From a bacterium (GTDB lineage: Bacteria; Vulcanimicrobiota; Xenobia; Xenobiales; Xenobiaceae): DNA of 64,000 nucleotides. Shown here in pieces: positions 18,269-26,875 of this stretch. A program made the translations under genes and the position numbers. Location of the stretch: positions 8,781-72,780 of the forward strand of contig JAUNIO010000002.1 in the NCBI GenBank assembly GCA_030535355.1, read 5' to 3'. The notes under the pieces were generated by a model, which searched no databases, was not told where the DNA came from, and worked only from the letters and a program-made list of their open reading frames with translations. The first letter of the stretch is position 1; each line of letters starts with the position of its first letter.

Positions 18269-19624
18269 CTAGACCTCAGAATCTCCCAGCTCCCCATACA
18301 TGCGCTCCAGCATCTCCTCAGCCCGGGCACTGCCCTTCTCCGCCGCCTGACTCAGCAAATGCAGCGCCGCTTCAGGATCTGCGGGAATGCCCAAGCCGCC
18401 CTGATAAAACTCTGCCAGAGAAATCATAGCCTCAGTATGGCCTGCCGCCACCGCCCGTTTCAGGAAACCTACACAGCGCTTGACATTTTGCTCCACGCCC
18501 TCTCCGCGGAAATACATAAACGCCAAAATATACATAGCCGCCGGATGGCCTTCGTCAGCGGCACAGCGCAGATAGTGCACCGCTTTGGGCAAATCCTGCT
18601 CTGTATTATGCCCTAAACGATACATCTGCCCCACAGCGAACTGAGCGTCCACATGGTCGCGATCTGCAGCCATCTGCGCATAACGCCAGGCTTCTTGAGG
18701 ATCGCGGGGGATACCATCACCAGAATCGTACAATTTGCTCAGCATGTACATGGCCTGGGGCCAGCCCATATCGGCGTCATCCTGCAGAAGCTGCACAGCC
18801 TGCGCCACATCTTTGGGCACAATTCCCCCCTGCAGATATAAAGACGCCAAAAAAGTCGATGCTCCCACCACGCCCTGAGAAGCCGCGTCGCAGATTCTGG
18901 AAATATTATTGTATAGATCTTCTGGCGGACAGTTATTCATCAGCGCACAGGCGGCATCTATGAATTTGCGTTTTACCGGTGAAGCTACCATATTGCCAAT
19001 AGCTTTCCCTAAATGCTGCAGCTGCGCCACAGTAGGTATATCTTGCCATTCCGCCGTTTCCGCAAATTCCTGCAGCGATTCATTCGGGCTGCGGCGCAGA
19101 GATTCTATAAGCTCGCGGCGCAGCTGAGGCTCCACAGGCCAGCCGTATTTATCTATGCCGTTCATCAGCACCGAATCGGAAACATCGCAGCCATGCCCGG
19201 CAGCTAAACACAGATACTCGCCGCCTTTCACCGCATCTTTGGGCACACCTATGCCGTAAGAATACATCTGCCCTAAACAGCCGTAAGCGTAGGGATTGCC
19301 CAGTTCCGCAGAGCGGTGCATTAGGCGCAAAGCTTCGGGACATTCCCCCATGAAGAGATTGTCTGCCAGCAGCAGCAGAGCGTACAGGACCATAGCGTCG
19401 GCATGGCCGCTTTCCGCAGCCTGCTTCACATAGCGCCGGCACAGCTCTAAATTCACTTCACAGCCCACTCCGCTCAGGCACATTTTCGCTACGCAATAAG
19501 CCGCATCGGCATGCCCATTATCGGCGGCGCGCCTAAAAGATTTAAACGCCAAAGCCTCATCTTCAGCCAGAGCGCCGGAAACGTCCTCTGAACCAGTATT
19601 GTTCGAAGTATCTGCCGCCATCAT
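18269..19624 (-). CDS. Sel1-repeat (TPR-like) protein.
   Basis: 451 aa with ~36-aa repeats recurring more than 8 times, each with G-x-G-V/I-x-x-D and A-x-x-W/Y-x-x-A-A-x-x-G. Confidence 0.8.
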   Translation of the reverse strand: MMAADTSNNTGSEDVSGALAEDEALAFKSFRRAADNGHADAAYCVAKMCLSGVGCEVNLELCRRYVKQAAESGHADAMVLYALLLLADNLFMGECPEALRLMHRSAELGNPYAYGCLGQMYSYGIGVPKDAVKGGEYLCLAAGHGCDVSDSVLMNGIDKYGWPVEPQLRRELIESLRRSPNESLQEFAETAEWQDIPTVAQLQHLGKAIGNMVASPVKRKFIDAACALMNNCPPEDLYNNISRICDAASQGVVGASTFLASLYLQGGIVPKDVAQAVQLLQDDADMGWPQAMYMLSKLYDSGDGIPRDPQEAWRYAQMAADRDHVDAQFAVGQMYRLGHNTEQDLPKAVHYLRCAADEGHPAAMYILAFMYFRGEGVEQNVKRCVGFLKRAVAAGHTEAMISLAEFYQGGLGIPADPEAALHLLSQAAEKGSARAEEMLERMYGELGDSEV

Positions 19625-19828
19625 CGCTGACCATGTCCAAGAAATTTTATGTTTGTTTCTCTGTCGGCGATTTACTACCTTTGCAGCATATTTTACCGCA
19701 AACGCTTACACGCGGATATCCAAAGAGGCCAATGCCATCTCTATCTAAACTAAATGACAATAAGCCAACAAGGATTTAAATATTCAACATTGAACCAAAG
19801 CTAACCACATTTTTAGAGGTTTTTTGTA

Positions 19829-21283
19829 ATGCTAATCGACCTTACCGTTAAACCCGAAGCCCTGCAGCGCACCATCAAGCGCGCCAAAGAAAAAAACATC
19901 CGCATCCCTACCTTCAAAATGATGCGCGATCCTAAGCTCATCCCCGCTAAAGTCAAGGAAGAGCTGAAAAATGTAGGCCTTTGGGATGTCAACCCCGTCA
20001 ACCTATACCGCATCAACTGGCACAACGAGCCCGTGGAAAAAGGCGGAACTTATGGCGGCGTCAATTTCATCGAATTCCCCAGCGAATTAACCGGCGTACC
20101 CTGCAAAATCGTAGGCTTAGCGGGCAAATGGTTCCCCACCGGAGCCCACAAAGTAGGAGCCGCTTTCGGCTGCTTAGTCCCTCGCCTGGTCACCGGCCAA
20201 TTCGACCCCACCTGCCAGAAAGCCGTCTGGCCTTCCACCGGCAACTACTGCCGCGGCGGTGCCTACGACTCTGCCCTGCTGGGCTGCCAGTCCATCGCTA
20301 TTCTCCCCGAGGAGATGAGCGCCGAACGCTTCAACTGGCTTAAGACCGTAGCTGGCGAGATCATCGCCACCCCCGGCTGCGAGAGCAACGTCAAAGAAAT
20401 CTTCGATAAGTGCTGGGAACTGCGCAAATCCGGTCAGAATTTGGTTATCTTCAACCAGTTCGAAGAGTTCGGCAACTACCTGTGGCACTACAACGTCACC
20501 GGCCCTGCCATGGAAGAAGCCGTTAAAGCCGTAGGCGGCACTTACCGCGGTATGGTCTCCGCCACAGGCTCTGCCGGCACCATAGCCGCCGGCGACTACA
20601 TGAAGATGCTGCATCCCACCTCCAAGATCGCCGCTTCCGAAGCGGTGCAGTGCCCCACTCTGCTGATGAACGGTTTCGGCGGCCACCGCATTGAAGGCAT
20701 TGGCGACAAGCATGTGCCCTGGGTGCACAACGTTAAAAACACCGATATGGTCATCGCCATCGACGACGAAGCGCCCATGACTCTGCTGCGCCTGCTCAAC
20801 GAGCCCGCCGGCAAAGAATTCCTAGCTTCCCTGGGACTCAAAAAAGAATTGGTCGAGAAACTCGATTGGCTGGGTATAAGCTCGATCTCCAACCTGCTTT
20901 CCGCTATCAAGATGGCCAAATACTACGAGCTGCGCTCCGATGACGTCATTGTCACCATGCTCACCGACTCCGCCGCCATGTACCAGAGCCGTCTGGCCGA
21001 ACAGACCGCCGCTAAAGGCGCTTTTGGAGCTACCGAAGCTGCGGTGGCCTATGCCCGCTACTTCGCCGGCTGCACCACCGATACCATGGCCGAGCTCACC
21101 TATGCCGACCGCAAACGGGTCCACAACCTCAAGTATTACACTTGGGTTGAGCAGCAGGGCAAGACCTACGACGAGATTCAGCGCCAGTGGTACGATCCCG
21201 AGTATTGGGAAGAGCTGCATCAGGGTACTGACGCTATCGACAAGCTCATCGACGAGTTCAACGCGGCTGTCGAGAATGCATAA
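19829..21283 (+). CDS. PLP-dependent enzyme of the tryptophan-synthase-beta / cysteine-synthase (fold type II) superfamily, with a C-terminal extension.
   Basis: 484 aa with a candidate PLP lysine (PTGAHKVGAAFG) and a Gly-rich loop (SATGSAGTIAAG). The specific reaction is not assignable from sequence. Confidence 0.65.
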   Translation: MLIDLTVKPEALQRTIKRAKEKNIRIPTFKMMRDPKLIPAKVKEELKNVGLWDVNPVNLYRINWHNEPVEKGGTYGGVNFIEFPSELTGVPCKIVGLAGKWFPTGAHKVGAAFGCLVPRLVTGQFDPTCQKAVWPSTGNYCRGGAYDSALLGCQSIAILPEEMSAERFNWLKTVAGEIIATPGCESNVKEIFDKCWELRKSGQNLVIFNQFEEFGNYLWHYNVTGPAMEEAVKAVGGTYRGMVSATGSAGTIAAGDYMKMLHPTSKIAASEAVQCPTLLMNGFGGHRIEGIGDKHVPWVHNVKNTDMVIAIDDEAPMTLLRLLNEPAGKEFLASLGLKKELVEKLDWLGISSISNLLSAIKMAKYYELRSDDVIVTMLTDSAAMYQSRLAEQTAAKGAFGATEAAVAYARYFAGCTTDTMAELTYADRKRVHNLKYYTWVEQQGKTYDEIQRQWYDPEYWEELHQGTDAIDKLIDEFNAAVENA

Positions 21284-21382
21284 AGCCTAAGGAAGCGCTG
21301 ATTAATAGCATTACGCTTAATTACCAATATTAGCGCTTCCTTCTAAACTGTTAAGCGTGCATTGACATTGGCACATTACAAC

Positions 21383-21450
21383 TCCCCCTAGACGGAGCAG
21401 GGGGAGAAGTCGCGAATGCGACAGAGGGAGTCCGTTAAACTGATGGAAAA
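21383..21450. repeat. Partial family-A repeat copy.
   Basis: ctccccctagacggagcagggggagaagtcgcgaatgcgacagaggg matches the family-A core. Confidence 0.7.
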
Positions 21451-21528
21451 ATCTAACAGTTACTTGACAACTAAATGAGCTTAATTGCATGTGCTAACGT
21501 ATTGCTAAATGCTTCCAAGAGGATCGCT

Positions 21529-21559
21529 ATGGAAACGCTGAATTAATCAGCGTTTCCAT
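21529..21559 (+). other. Perfect 12-bp-stem hairpin (atggaaacgctg-aattaat-cagcgtttccat) in an intergenic region.
   Basis: Seen directly in the sequence. It lies 36 nt upstream of a terminator-like hairpin. Confidence 0.5.
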
Positions 21560-21594
21560 CACTGACCGGGTTCTCCGAACCTATATGAACCGAT

Positions 21595-21627
21595 AAGCCC
21601 TTTCTCAGCGAAAGGGCTTATTTAATT
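21595..21627 (+). terminator. Rho-independent terminator-like hairpin (aagccctttctcagcgaaagggctt followed by ATTTAATT), then a 20-nt tandem direct repeat (ttaattcggg[g/a]aacacagct, twice).
   Basis: A perfect 9-bp stem with a T-rich tail. It is 310 nt downstream of the PLP-enzyme gene, so it may terminate a small transcript. Confidence 0.5.
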
Positions 21628-21713
21628 CGGGGAACACAGCTTTAATTCGGGAAACACAGCTGACTTACATTGCTGTTCTTTTCATAATAAGCCAAAATAT
21701 AGTATAATAAAAA

Positions 21714-23204
21714 ATGTTGCTAACCCAGCTACATTTTATCGAGGAGCCCACTAGGTTGGAAAACAGCGCCGCAATTGATCTAACCAAGCAAGAAAGCGAA
21801 AACCTTGAGCCGCATCTGGTCCCTTTTAAAAATCAGCGTCTAAAGCTCGGCGATTCTCTGCGCAAATGCCATCAGCTCTTCCCGCTCACCTGGAGCGGCC
21901 TGCTCACGCTGGCTGCCGGCGTAATAGGATGGTGCACCTTAGGCAGCCGCCACCGCGACTTGGTTATTTCAGCGGCATCTTTCATTTTAGGCTTGCTGGT
22001 GATCGTGCTTATGGTCTGCGTGCTGATCAATGCCCTGCGCCTGCACCTGCGCCTGCGCCGTGAAGAGCAGGATATAGGAACCTTAAAGCTGGAAACAGGC
22101 TATCCCCGCACCACCGACTATCAGCTGGAAATAGGTTACTTTCCCTTTACCGAAATTACCTGGAGCTGGACCTATCCAGTCCAAACCGACGTAGTGACTA
22201 CAAGTACATTCAAAACAATAACTGAAACCGTCACCGCTCAGCAGCGCTGCCAAGCCGATCACATCACCCGTCATTTTGTAGTTAAAGATATTATCGGCCT
22301 GGCGCGCATGGAATGGGAACGCACATTTCCCACCGCAGTAACCGTAATACCCAACCAAGAAAATTTCAGCGCTAACCAGGTTCTGCCCAGCGTCTCCGAT
22401 GGAGACGAAGATTCCAATCCTTACGGCGCTCCCAAAGGCGACCGCATAGAAATGCGCAAATACTCCAACGGAGATTCCTCGCGGGACATTATTTGGAAAA
22501 TCTATGCCCGCACCCGAAAACTCATGGTACGCATTCCCGAACGCGCTATCACCGCCCAGCCGCGTTCCTGCGCGTATCTAATCGGCGCGCACGGCGACAG
22601 CTCCAGCGCCAGTTTAGCCCGCACTATTTTGGAACGCCACATGCTGGGCGACAACTGGGGCTTTGGCGCAGACGGTACCCCCGGAGTGATTACCAATTTG
22701 GGACAGGCCATTCAGGCTATCGCTCAATCGGGCAATTACGCTTTAATGTCTGCCCACGAAGCCAAAATTACCAATCTCTCCGCCTTTCTCCGCGAAGCCG
22801 AAGCTATAGGATACAATAATTGCCTTATCTTTATTCCCTCACGGCTGGCCCCTCCCCCTCCGCCTATATTATCGCGCTGGCAGCGCTTATTTAATTCTCA
22901 AGAAGGCACCTGGCCTGACTGGGCCAAACCGGCCCGTCAAGCCCTCAATAGCTGCCACATGACAATCACCTGGCTCATGGGCGTAGAAAAAGACCCGCGC
23001 AAGCTGGCCTCAGCTACAGAGAAAGCGCCGCTTCCGCCCTGGCAGGAAAAACTCCAGCGATACGCTTTAGCGCCCAAAGACGCTGAAAGCGATACCTCTG
23101 TGGAAGTCGTTAAAGCTATAATAGGCGAAAGCACGCCCGTTTGGCTCTACGCCAGCGACAGCTGCCGCTTCCTAGTCTATAACAATATCTCCGAAGCACA
23201 ATAG
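21714..23204 (+). CDS. DUF58-family protein, the MoxR-partner class.
   Basis: It has N-terminal TM helices and the DUF58 signature (EMRKYSNGDSSRDIIWKIYARTRKLMVRIPE). Confidence 0.7.
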   Translation: MLLTQLHFIEEPTRLENSAAIDLTKQESENLEPHLVPFKNQRLKLGDSLRKCHQLFPLTWSGLLTLAAGVIGWCTLGSRHRDLVISAASFILGLLVIVLMVCVLINALRLHLRLRREEQDIGTLKLETGYPRTTDYQLEIGYFPFTEITWSWTYPVQTDVVTTSTFKTITETVTAQQRCQADHITRHFVVKDIIGLARMEWERTFPTAVTVIPNQENFSANQVLPSVSDGDEDSNPYGAPKGDRIEMRKYSNGDSSRDIIWKIYARTRKLMVRIPERAITAQPRSCAYLIGAHGDSSSASLARTILERHMLGDNWGFGADGTPGVITNLGQAIQAIAQSGNYALMSAHEAKITNLSAFLREAEAIGYNNCLIFIPSRLAPPPPPILSRWQRLFNSQEGTWPDWAKPARQALNSCHMTITWLMGVEKDPRKLASATEKAPLPPWQEKLQRYALAPKDAESDTSVEVVKAIIGESTPVWLYASDSCRFLVYNNISEAQ

Positions 23205-23214
23205 AGGTAAGCCC

Positions 23215-25590
23215 GTGAAGCAAGAAACCGCCAAAAATAAATATATAGCTTTAGGACGAGAAATATTAACCGCTTTGGTATGGGGCGCCGCCGTCGCCGT
23301 GGGTTCTCTGTCAACCCACACCAGCTGGGGCATTACCACTGCTTTTCTAGGCGGTTTAGCGGGAAGTTTATGCGGCTATTATCTCAAAAACAGCCGCTTG
23401 CGCAGCATCGCCTTAGCCGTGGGCGCCTTGCTGATCTACGGAGTTTGGTCTGTGCTCTGTTCCTGGCAGATCAACAGCGCTTTTTTGGCATCGCTCTTAG
23501 GTGTTGACAGCGCCTACCTCTGTTATGATGCCTGTCAGAGTTTTGGAACATGTTTTCTGGCAGTAACGGTTTTGCACACTTTGGCCTGGCGCTATCCGGC
23601 CTGCACCGCTATAGAGCTGATCGTCATCGCCATCGCCCTAGCCACACCTTTAGCTGGTCACCGCGACGGTTATATCTGCCGCCCCTACGGTTTTGTCGAC
23701 GCCATATGGTCACGCGGTTACGATCCCATTCCTTTCTTTAAAGCCTTTGGAGTCATGGTTGCCGCTCTATTTTTAATGGCAACTACTGGGCGCTACAACC
23801 GGCGCAGCACTATTATCGATTTAAGCATTTTGCTGCTCTTAGCGCTCATACTCAGCACCTTTACCCTGCCCAACGTGCTGACCCAGCCGCTGCCCGAACA
23901 GATCCAAATGGGACAGGAAAGCGACAGCGAACAGCAGAGTTCTCAGCAGAATCAAAAAGACGATAAGCAAAAAGACAAACAGGCCAAGAACAGCGATAAT
24001 AAAGATCAGCAGAATAGCCAAGATCAGAAAGACAAACAAAACCAGCAAGAAAATAAAGATAAAAACGATAAGGACCAGCAGCAAAAAAACAGCCAAAGGG
24101 ATGCCAATAAAGACAATCAGCAGCAAAACCAGAATCAGTCCCAAAACGACGACAAAGATAAGGAAAACGATAGCTCCTCACCGCCCCCTCCGCCTCATCC
24201 AGTAGCCGTAGTCGTCTTTTATCAAAGTTATGACCCCAGTGACGGCTATCTGTACTTCCGCCAAAGCGCTCAGAGTTTCTACAACGGCAAACGCTTGGTA
24301 GCAGAGACCGATTCGTCTTTCGACAAAGACATAGCCTGGCATTTTCCCCAGACGGACACCCAGGACAAACTCTTCACTCCCGTCCAGGTCGCCACAGAGC
24401 ACATGGACATGTTTAAGCCAATCAATACCAGGGTCTGCCTGATGACCGCTCACGATCAGCCCTTCGGCCTGCTGACTCCGCTCAAAATGACGGCCATCAG
24501 CAACCCCAATGCCAATCAGTTTATCCGCGCCTATCAGGTGCAGTCGCAATGCTTCACCGGAGACCTGAGCAAGTTTATCACTTGGAAAACTGGAAATCCC
24601 CATTGGGATAAAAAGACCTGGGATCACTACTTAGATGTTTCATCCGATAAACGCTACGCTGACTTAGCCCAAAAAATAACCGGGCATATGTCCGGCGGCT
24701 ACGCCAATTCACCTATAGCAAAAGTGCTGGCCTGCAAGCTATGGCTAGAGGACAACTGCACTTACGACATCGGAGTCACAATAACCGACAAGGACGATGT
24801 CGTAGGGAAATTCCTGTTCGGCAATCGCACAGGCTACTGTGTGCACTTAGCCCATTCGCTCACCTATTTAGCTAGAACCCTGCGCGTGCCAGCCCGCGTA
24901 GGCACGGGATATGCTGTGGAAGCGCGCAACAGATATGGCGGTTCTTCCCTGATGATCCGCAGCAACGAAGCACACGCCTGGTGCGAAATATATGTCGCCG
25001 GTATAGGCTGGATTCCCATCGATGTAACGCCTAAGAAACATAATGGCGGATGCTGCCAGCCGCCGCCTGATGCCGATTTGCAGAAAATGCTGGGAGAGCT
25101 GGCCCGCGAAGAATCCGGCAAAGTGTCCGAAGAGGGCAGTGCGCCGAAAAACTTTATGATCAGCGTTCAGGATGTCCTAATCGTCATCGGCAAAATTTTA
25201 GCTGTCTTGGCTGCACTCTTTACCATCGCCTGCTACATTATCAAAGCAGCCCGCCGCCTCAGCCCCAGCTTTACGGCCATGCCCAAGCGCATTGATACAG
25301 CCTACCGCACCGCTTTAGATTGCCTCTCCGATGTCGGCCTGCGCCGCTACTACGGCGAAGCCCGCGAAGATTTTGCCACGCGCTGTTACGATACTCTGCC
25401 CGCTCTGCGCGCCTTAACCGATCTGCACATGCGTAAGGCCTTAGGCGACAAGAGCTGGGAACCCAAGGCCAACAGTAAAGCTGTCAGCAAACTGTATGGA
25501 GAGTTCAAACATCAGTTCCGCCAACAGTTTCCCTTGTGGAAACGCGTTTTAGGAGCCCTCAATCCTTTCTCCTGGCTCTTGACTAAATAA
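23215..25590 (+). CDS. TgpA-like membrane transglutaminase. It has an N-terminal multi-TM domain, a ~100-aa Q/N/K/D-rich low-complexity linker ending in PPPPPHP, a transglutaminase core (Cys-His-Asp) and a C-terminal TM helix.
   Basis: The core has GYCVHLAHSLTYLARTLRVPARV (Cys), EAHAWCEIY (His) and IPIDVTP (Asp). 791 aa. Confidence 0.8.
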   Translation: MKQETAKNKYIALGREILTALVWGAAVAVGSLSTHTSWGITTAFLGGLAGSLCGYYLKNSRLRSIALAVGALLIYGVWSVLCSWQINSAFLASLLGVDSAYLCYDACQSFGTCFLAVTVLHTLAWRYPACTAIELIVIAIALATPLAGHRDGYICRPYGFVDAIWSRGYDPIPFFKAFGVMVAALFLMATTGRYNRRSTIIDLSILLLLALILSTFTLPNVLTQPLPEQIQMGQESDSEQQSSQQNQKDDKQKDKQAKNSDNKDQQNSQDQKDKQNQQENKDKNDKDQQQKNSQRDANKDNQQQNQNQSQNDDKDKENDSSSPPPPPHPVAVVVFYQSYDPSDGYLYFRQSAQSFYNGKRLVAETDSSFDKDIAWHFPQTDTQDKLFTPVQVATEHMDMFKPINTRVCLMTAHDQPFGLLTPLKMTAISNPNANQFIRAYQVQSQCFTGDLSKFITWKTGNPHWDKKTWDHYLDVSSDKRYADLAQKITGHMSGGYANSPIAKVLACKLWLEDNCTYDIGVTITDKDDVVGKFLFGNRTGYCVHLAHSLTYLARTLRVPARVGTGYAVEARNRYGGSSLMIRSNEAHAWCEIYVAGIGWIPIDVTPKKHNGGCCQPPPDADLQKMLGELAREESGKVSEEGSAPKNFMISVQDVLIVIGKILAVLAALFTIACYIIKAARRLSPSFTAMPKRIDTAYRTALDCLSDVGLRRYYGEAREDFATRCYDTLPALRALTDLHMRKALGDKSWEPKANSKAVSKLYGEFKHQFRQQFPLWKRVLGALNPFSWLLTK

Positions 25591-25605
25591 TATTAGCTAA
25601 AGGGT

Positions 25606-25728
25606 CAGTACCGTTAAGTCAGCAATTAGCTAACTTGCTAATATCATTTAGTTAGCGATCAGCTAACTTGCGAAACTATCTGACTCCCCCTAAAGAATGG
25701 GAGGGGGTTGCGTCTTAACCAAATGACA
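25606..25728. mobile_element. Family-A MITE-like element of 123 nt flanked by a 12-nt direct repeat (tagctaaagggt at 25594-25605 and 25729-25740).
   Basis: The ends are imperfectly inverted (cgttaagtc ... gacttaacc-like). The internal gttagc-gatc-agctaac and ctccccc/gggggag palindromes are shared with the other copies. Confidence 0.7.
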
Positions 25729-25738
25729 TAGCTAAAGG

Positions 25739-26812
25739 GTGATCGTGCCCAGGCATATAAATATGCGTTATGCAACGCAGACATTTAATGGAGGTTATAC
25801 CTTGGACGCCGCAGCGAATGCTCCCAACAGGGATCAATATTTAAACAATGCTTATGGTGTATTTCACACTTTGGAGCAACGCCTCAAACATGCGGTACGC
25901 GGCCGCGATAACGTTATCGATTTACTGCTCATCGCTTTAATGGCTGACGGCCACGTGCTTCTGGAAGATCACCCCGGCTCCGGTAAAACCACTTTGGCCA
26001 AAGCGCTGGGCGACTCCATTTACGATGACCGCAACAACCAAGAATTTGAGGCATTTCGGCGTATCCAATTCACGCCCGACCTCCTGCCCTCCGATATTAC
26101 AGGCATGACCATTTTCGAGCCTGAAAGCGCTACCTTCACATTCCGTCCTGGCCCGCTTTTCGCCTATATAGTCTTAGCCGACGAAATTAACCGCACCTCT
26201 CCGAAGGTACAGTCCGCCATGCTCGAAGCTATGGCGGAAAAGCAGGTAACCGTCGATAACGTTTCCCATAAACTGGGGGAGCTGTTCTTCGTCGTAGCCA
26301 CCCAAAACCCGCGCGACCAAGCGGGCACCTATCCTCTGCCTGTAGCCCAGCACGACCGCTTTTTATTTAAGATACGCATGACTTACATCGACCGCGACGC
26401 CGAGATCGACGTTTTGCGCAGCAGTCACGAGCGCAAAGCCCCCATTCCCAACAATCTGCCTCAGATCGCCGTCTCACAGATCATCGCTGCCCGGCGCACC
26501 ATAGATAGATTTGTCCGCGTGGATGAGCGCATCCAGGCCTGTCTGGTCGATATGGCCCGGGCCATCCGCCAATCCCCTAACGTCGCCCAGGGAGTCTCTA
26601 CCCGCAGTTTAGTGCTGATGGTACCAGCTCTGCAGGCCTGCGCCTTAAAACGGGCCCGCGATTTCGTCAGCGCCGAAGACGTCGCCTATCTGATACCTTA
26701 CGTTTTCGCCCATCGTCTGGAACTGGCTCCCGGCATAGACGATCCCATTAAAGTTATCCGCGACTGCTGCAAACCTTCTCTGGAGCAGCTGTGCCGCTCC
26801 ACGCTCAAATAG
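25739..26812 (+). CDS. MoxR-family AAA+ ATPase.
   Basis: It has Walker A (EDHPGSGKTTLAKALG) and Walker B (IVLADEINR), with the MoxR-typical length and context next to DUF58 and TgpA. Confidence 0.85.
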   Translation: MIVPRHINMRYATQTFNGGYTLDAAANAPNRDQYLNNAYGVFHTLEQRLKHAVRGRDNVIDLLLIALMADGHVLLEDHPGSGKTTLAKALGDSIYDDRNNQEFEAFRRIQFTPDLLPSDITGMTIFEPESATFTFRPGPLFAYIVLADEINRTSPKVQSAMLEAMAEKQVTVDNVSHKLGELFFVVATQNPRDQAGTYPLPVAQHDRFLFKIRMTYIDRDAEIDVLRSSHERKAPIPNNLPQIAVSQIIAARRTIDRFVRVDERIQACLVDMARAIRQSPNVAQGVSTRSLVLMVPALQACALKRARDFVSAEDVAYLIPYVFAHRLELAPGIDDPIKVIRDCCKPSLEQLCRSTLK

Positions 26813-26875
26813 CGCTCAACAACTATCAAGCTCTGCCAGGCATAGCTTCGCTAATGGCAGAGCGAAGTAATCATC

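Noticed and set aside
19981-20728. 120-aa (+) and 184-aa (-) ORFs overlapping the PLP-enzyme gene.
   Set aside because: They are embedded in a well-supported conserved CDS, and their biased Arg/Pro or Gly/Ala composition is typical of GC-rich off-frames.
23839-24181. Two overlapping ~100-aa minus-strand ORFs inside the TgpA-like gene.
   Set aside because: They lie entirely within the Q/N/K/D low-complexity linker. Antisense frames of such repeats stay open by chance, and there is no RBS.
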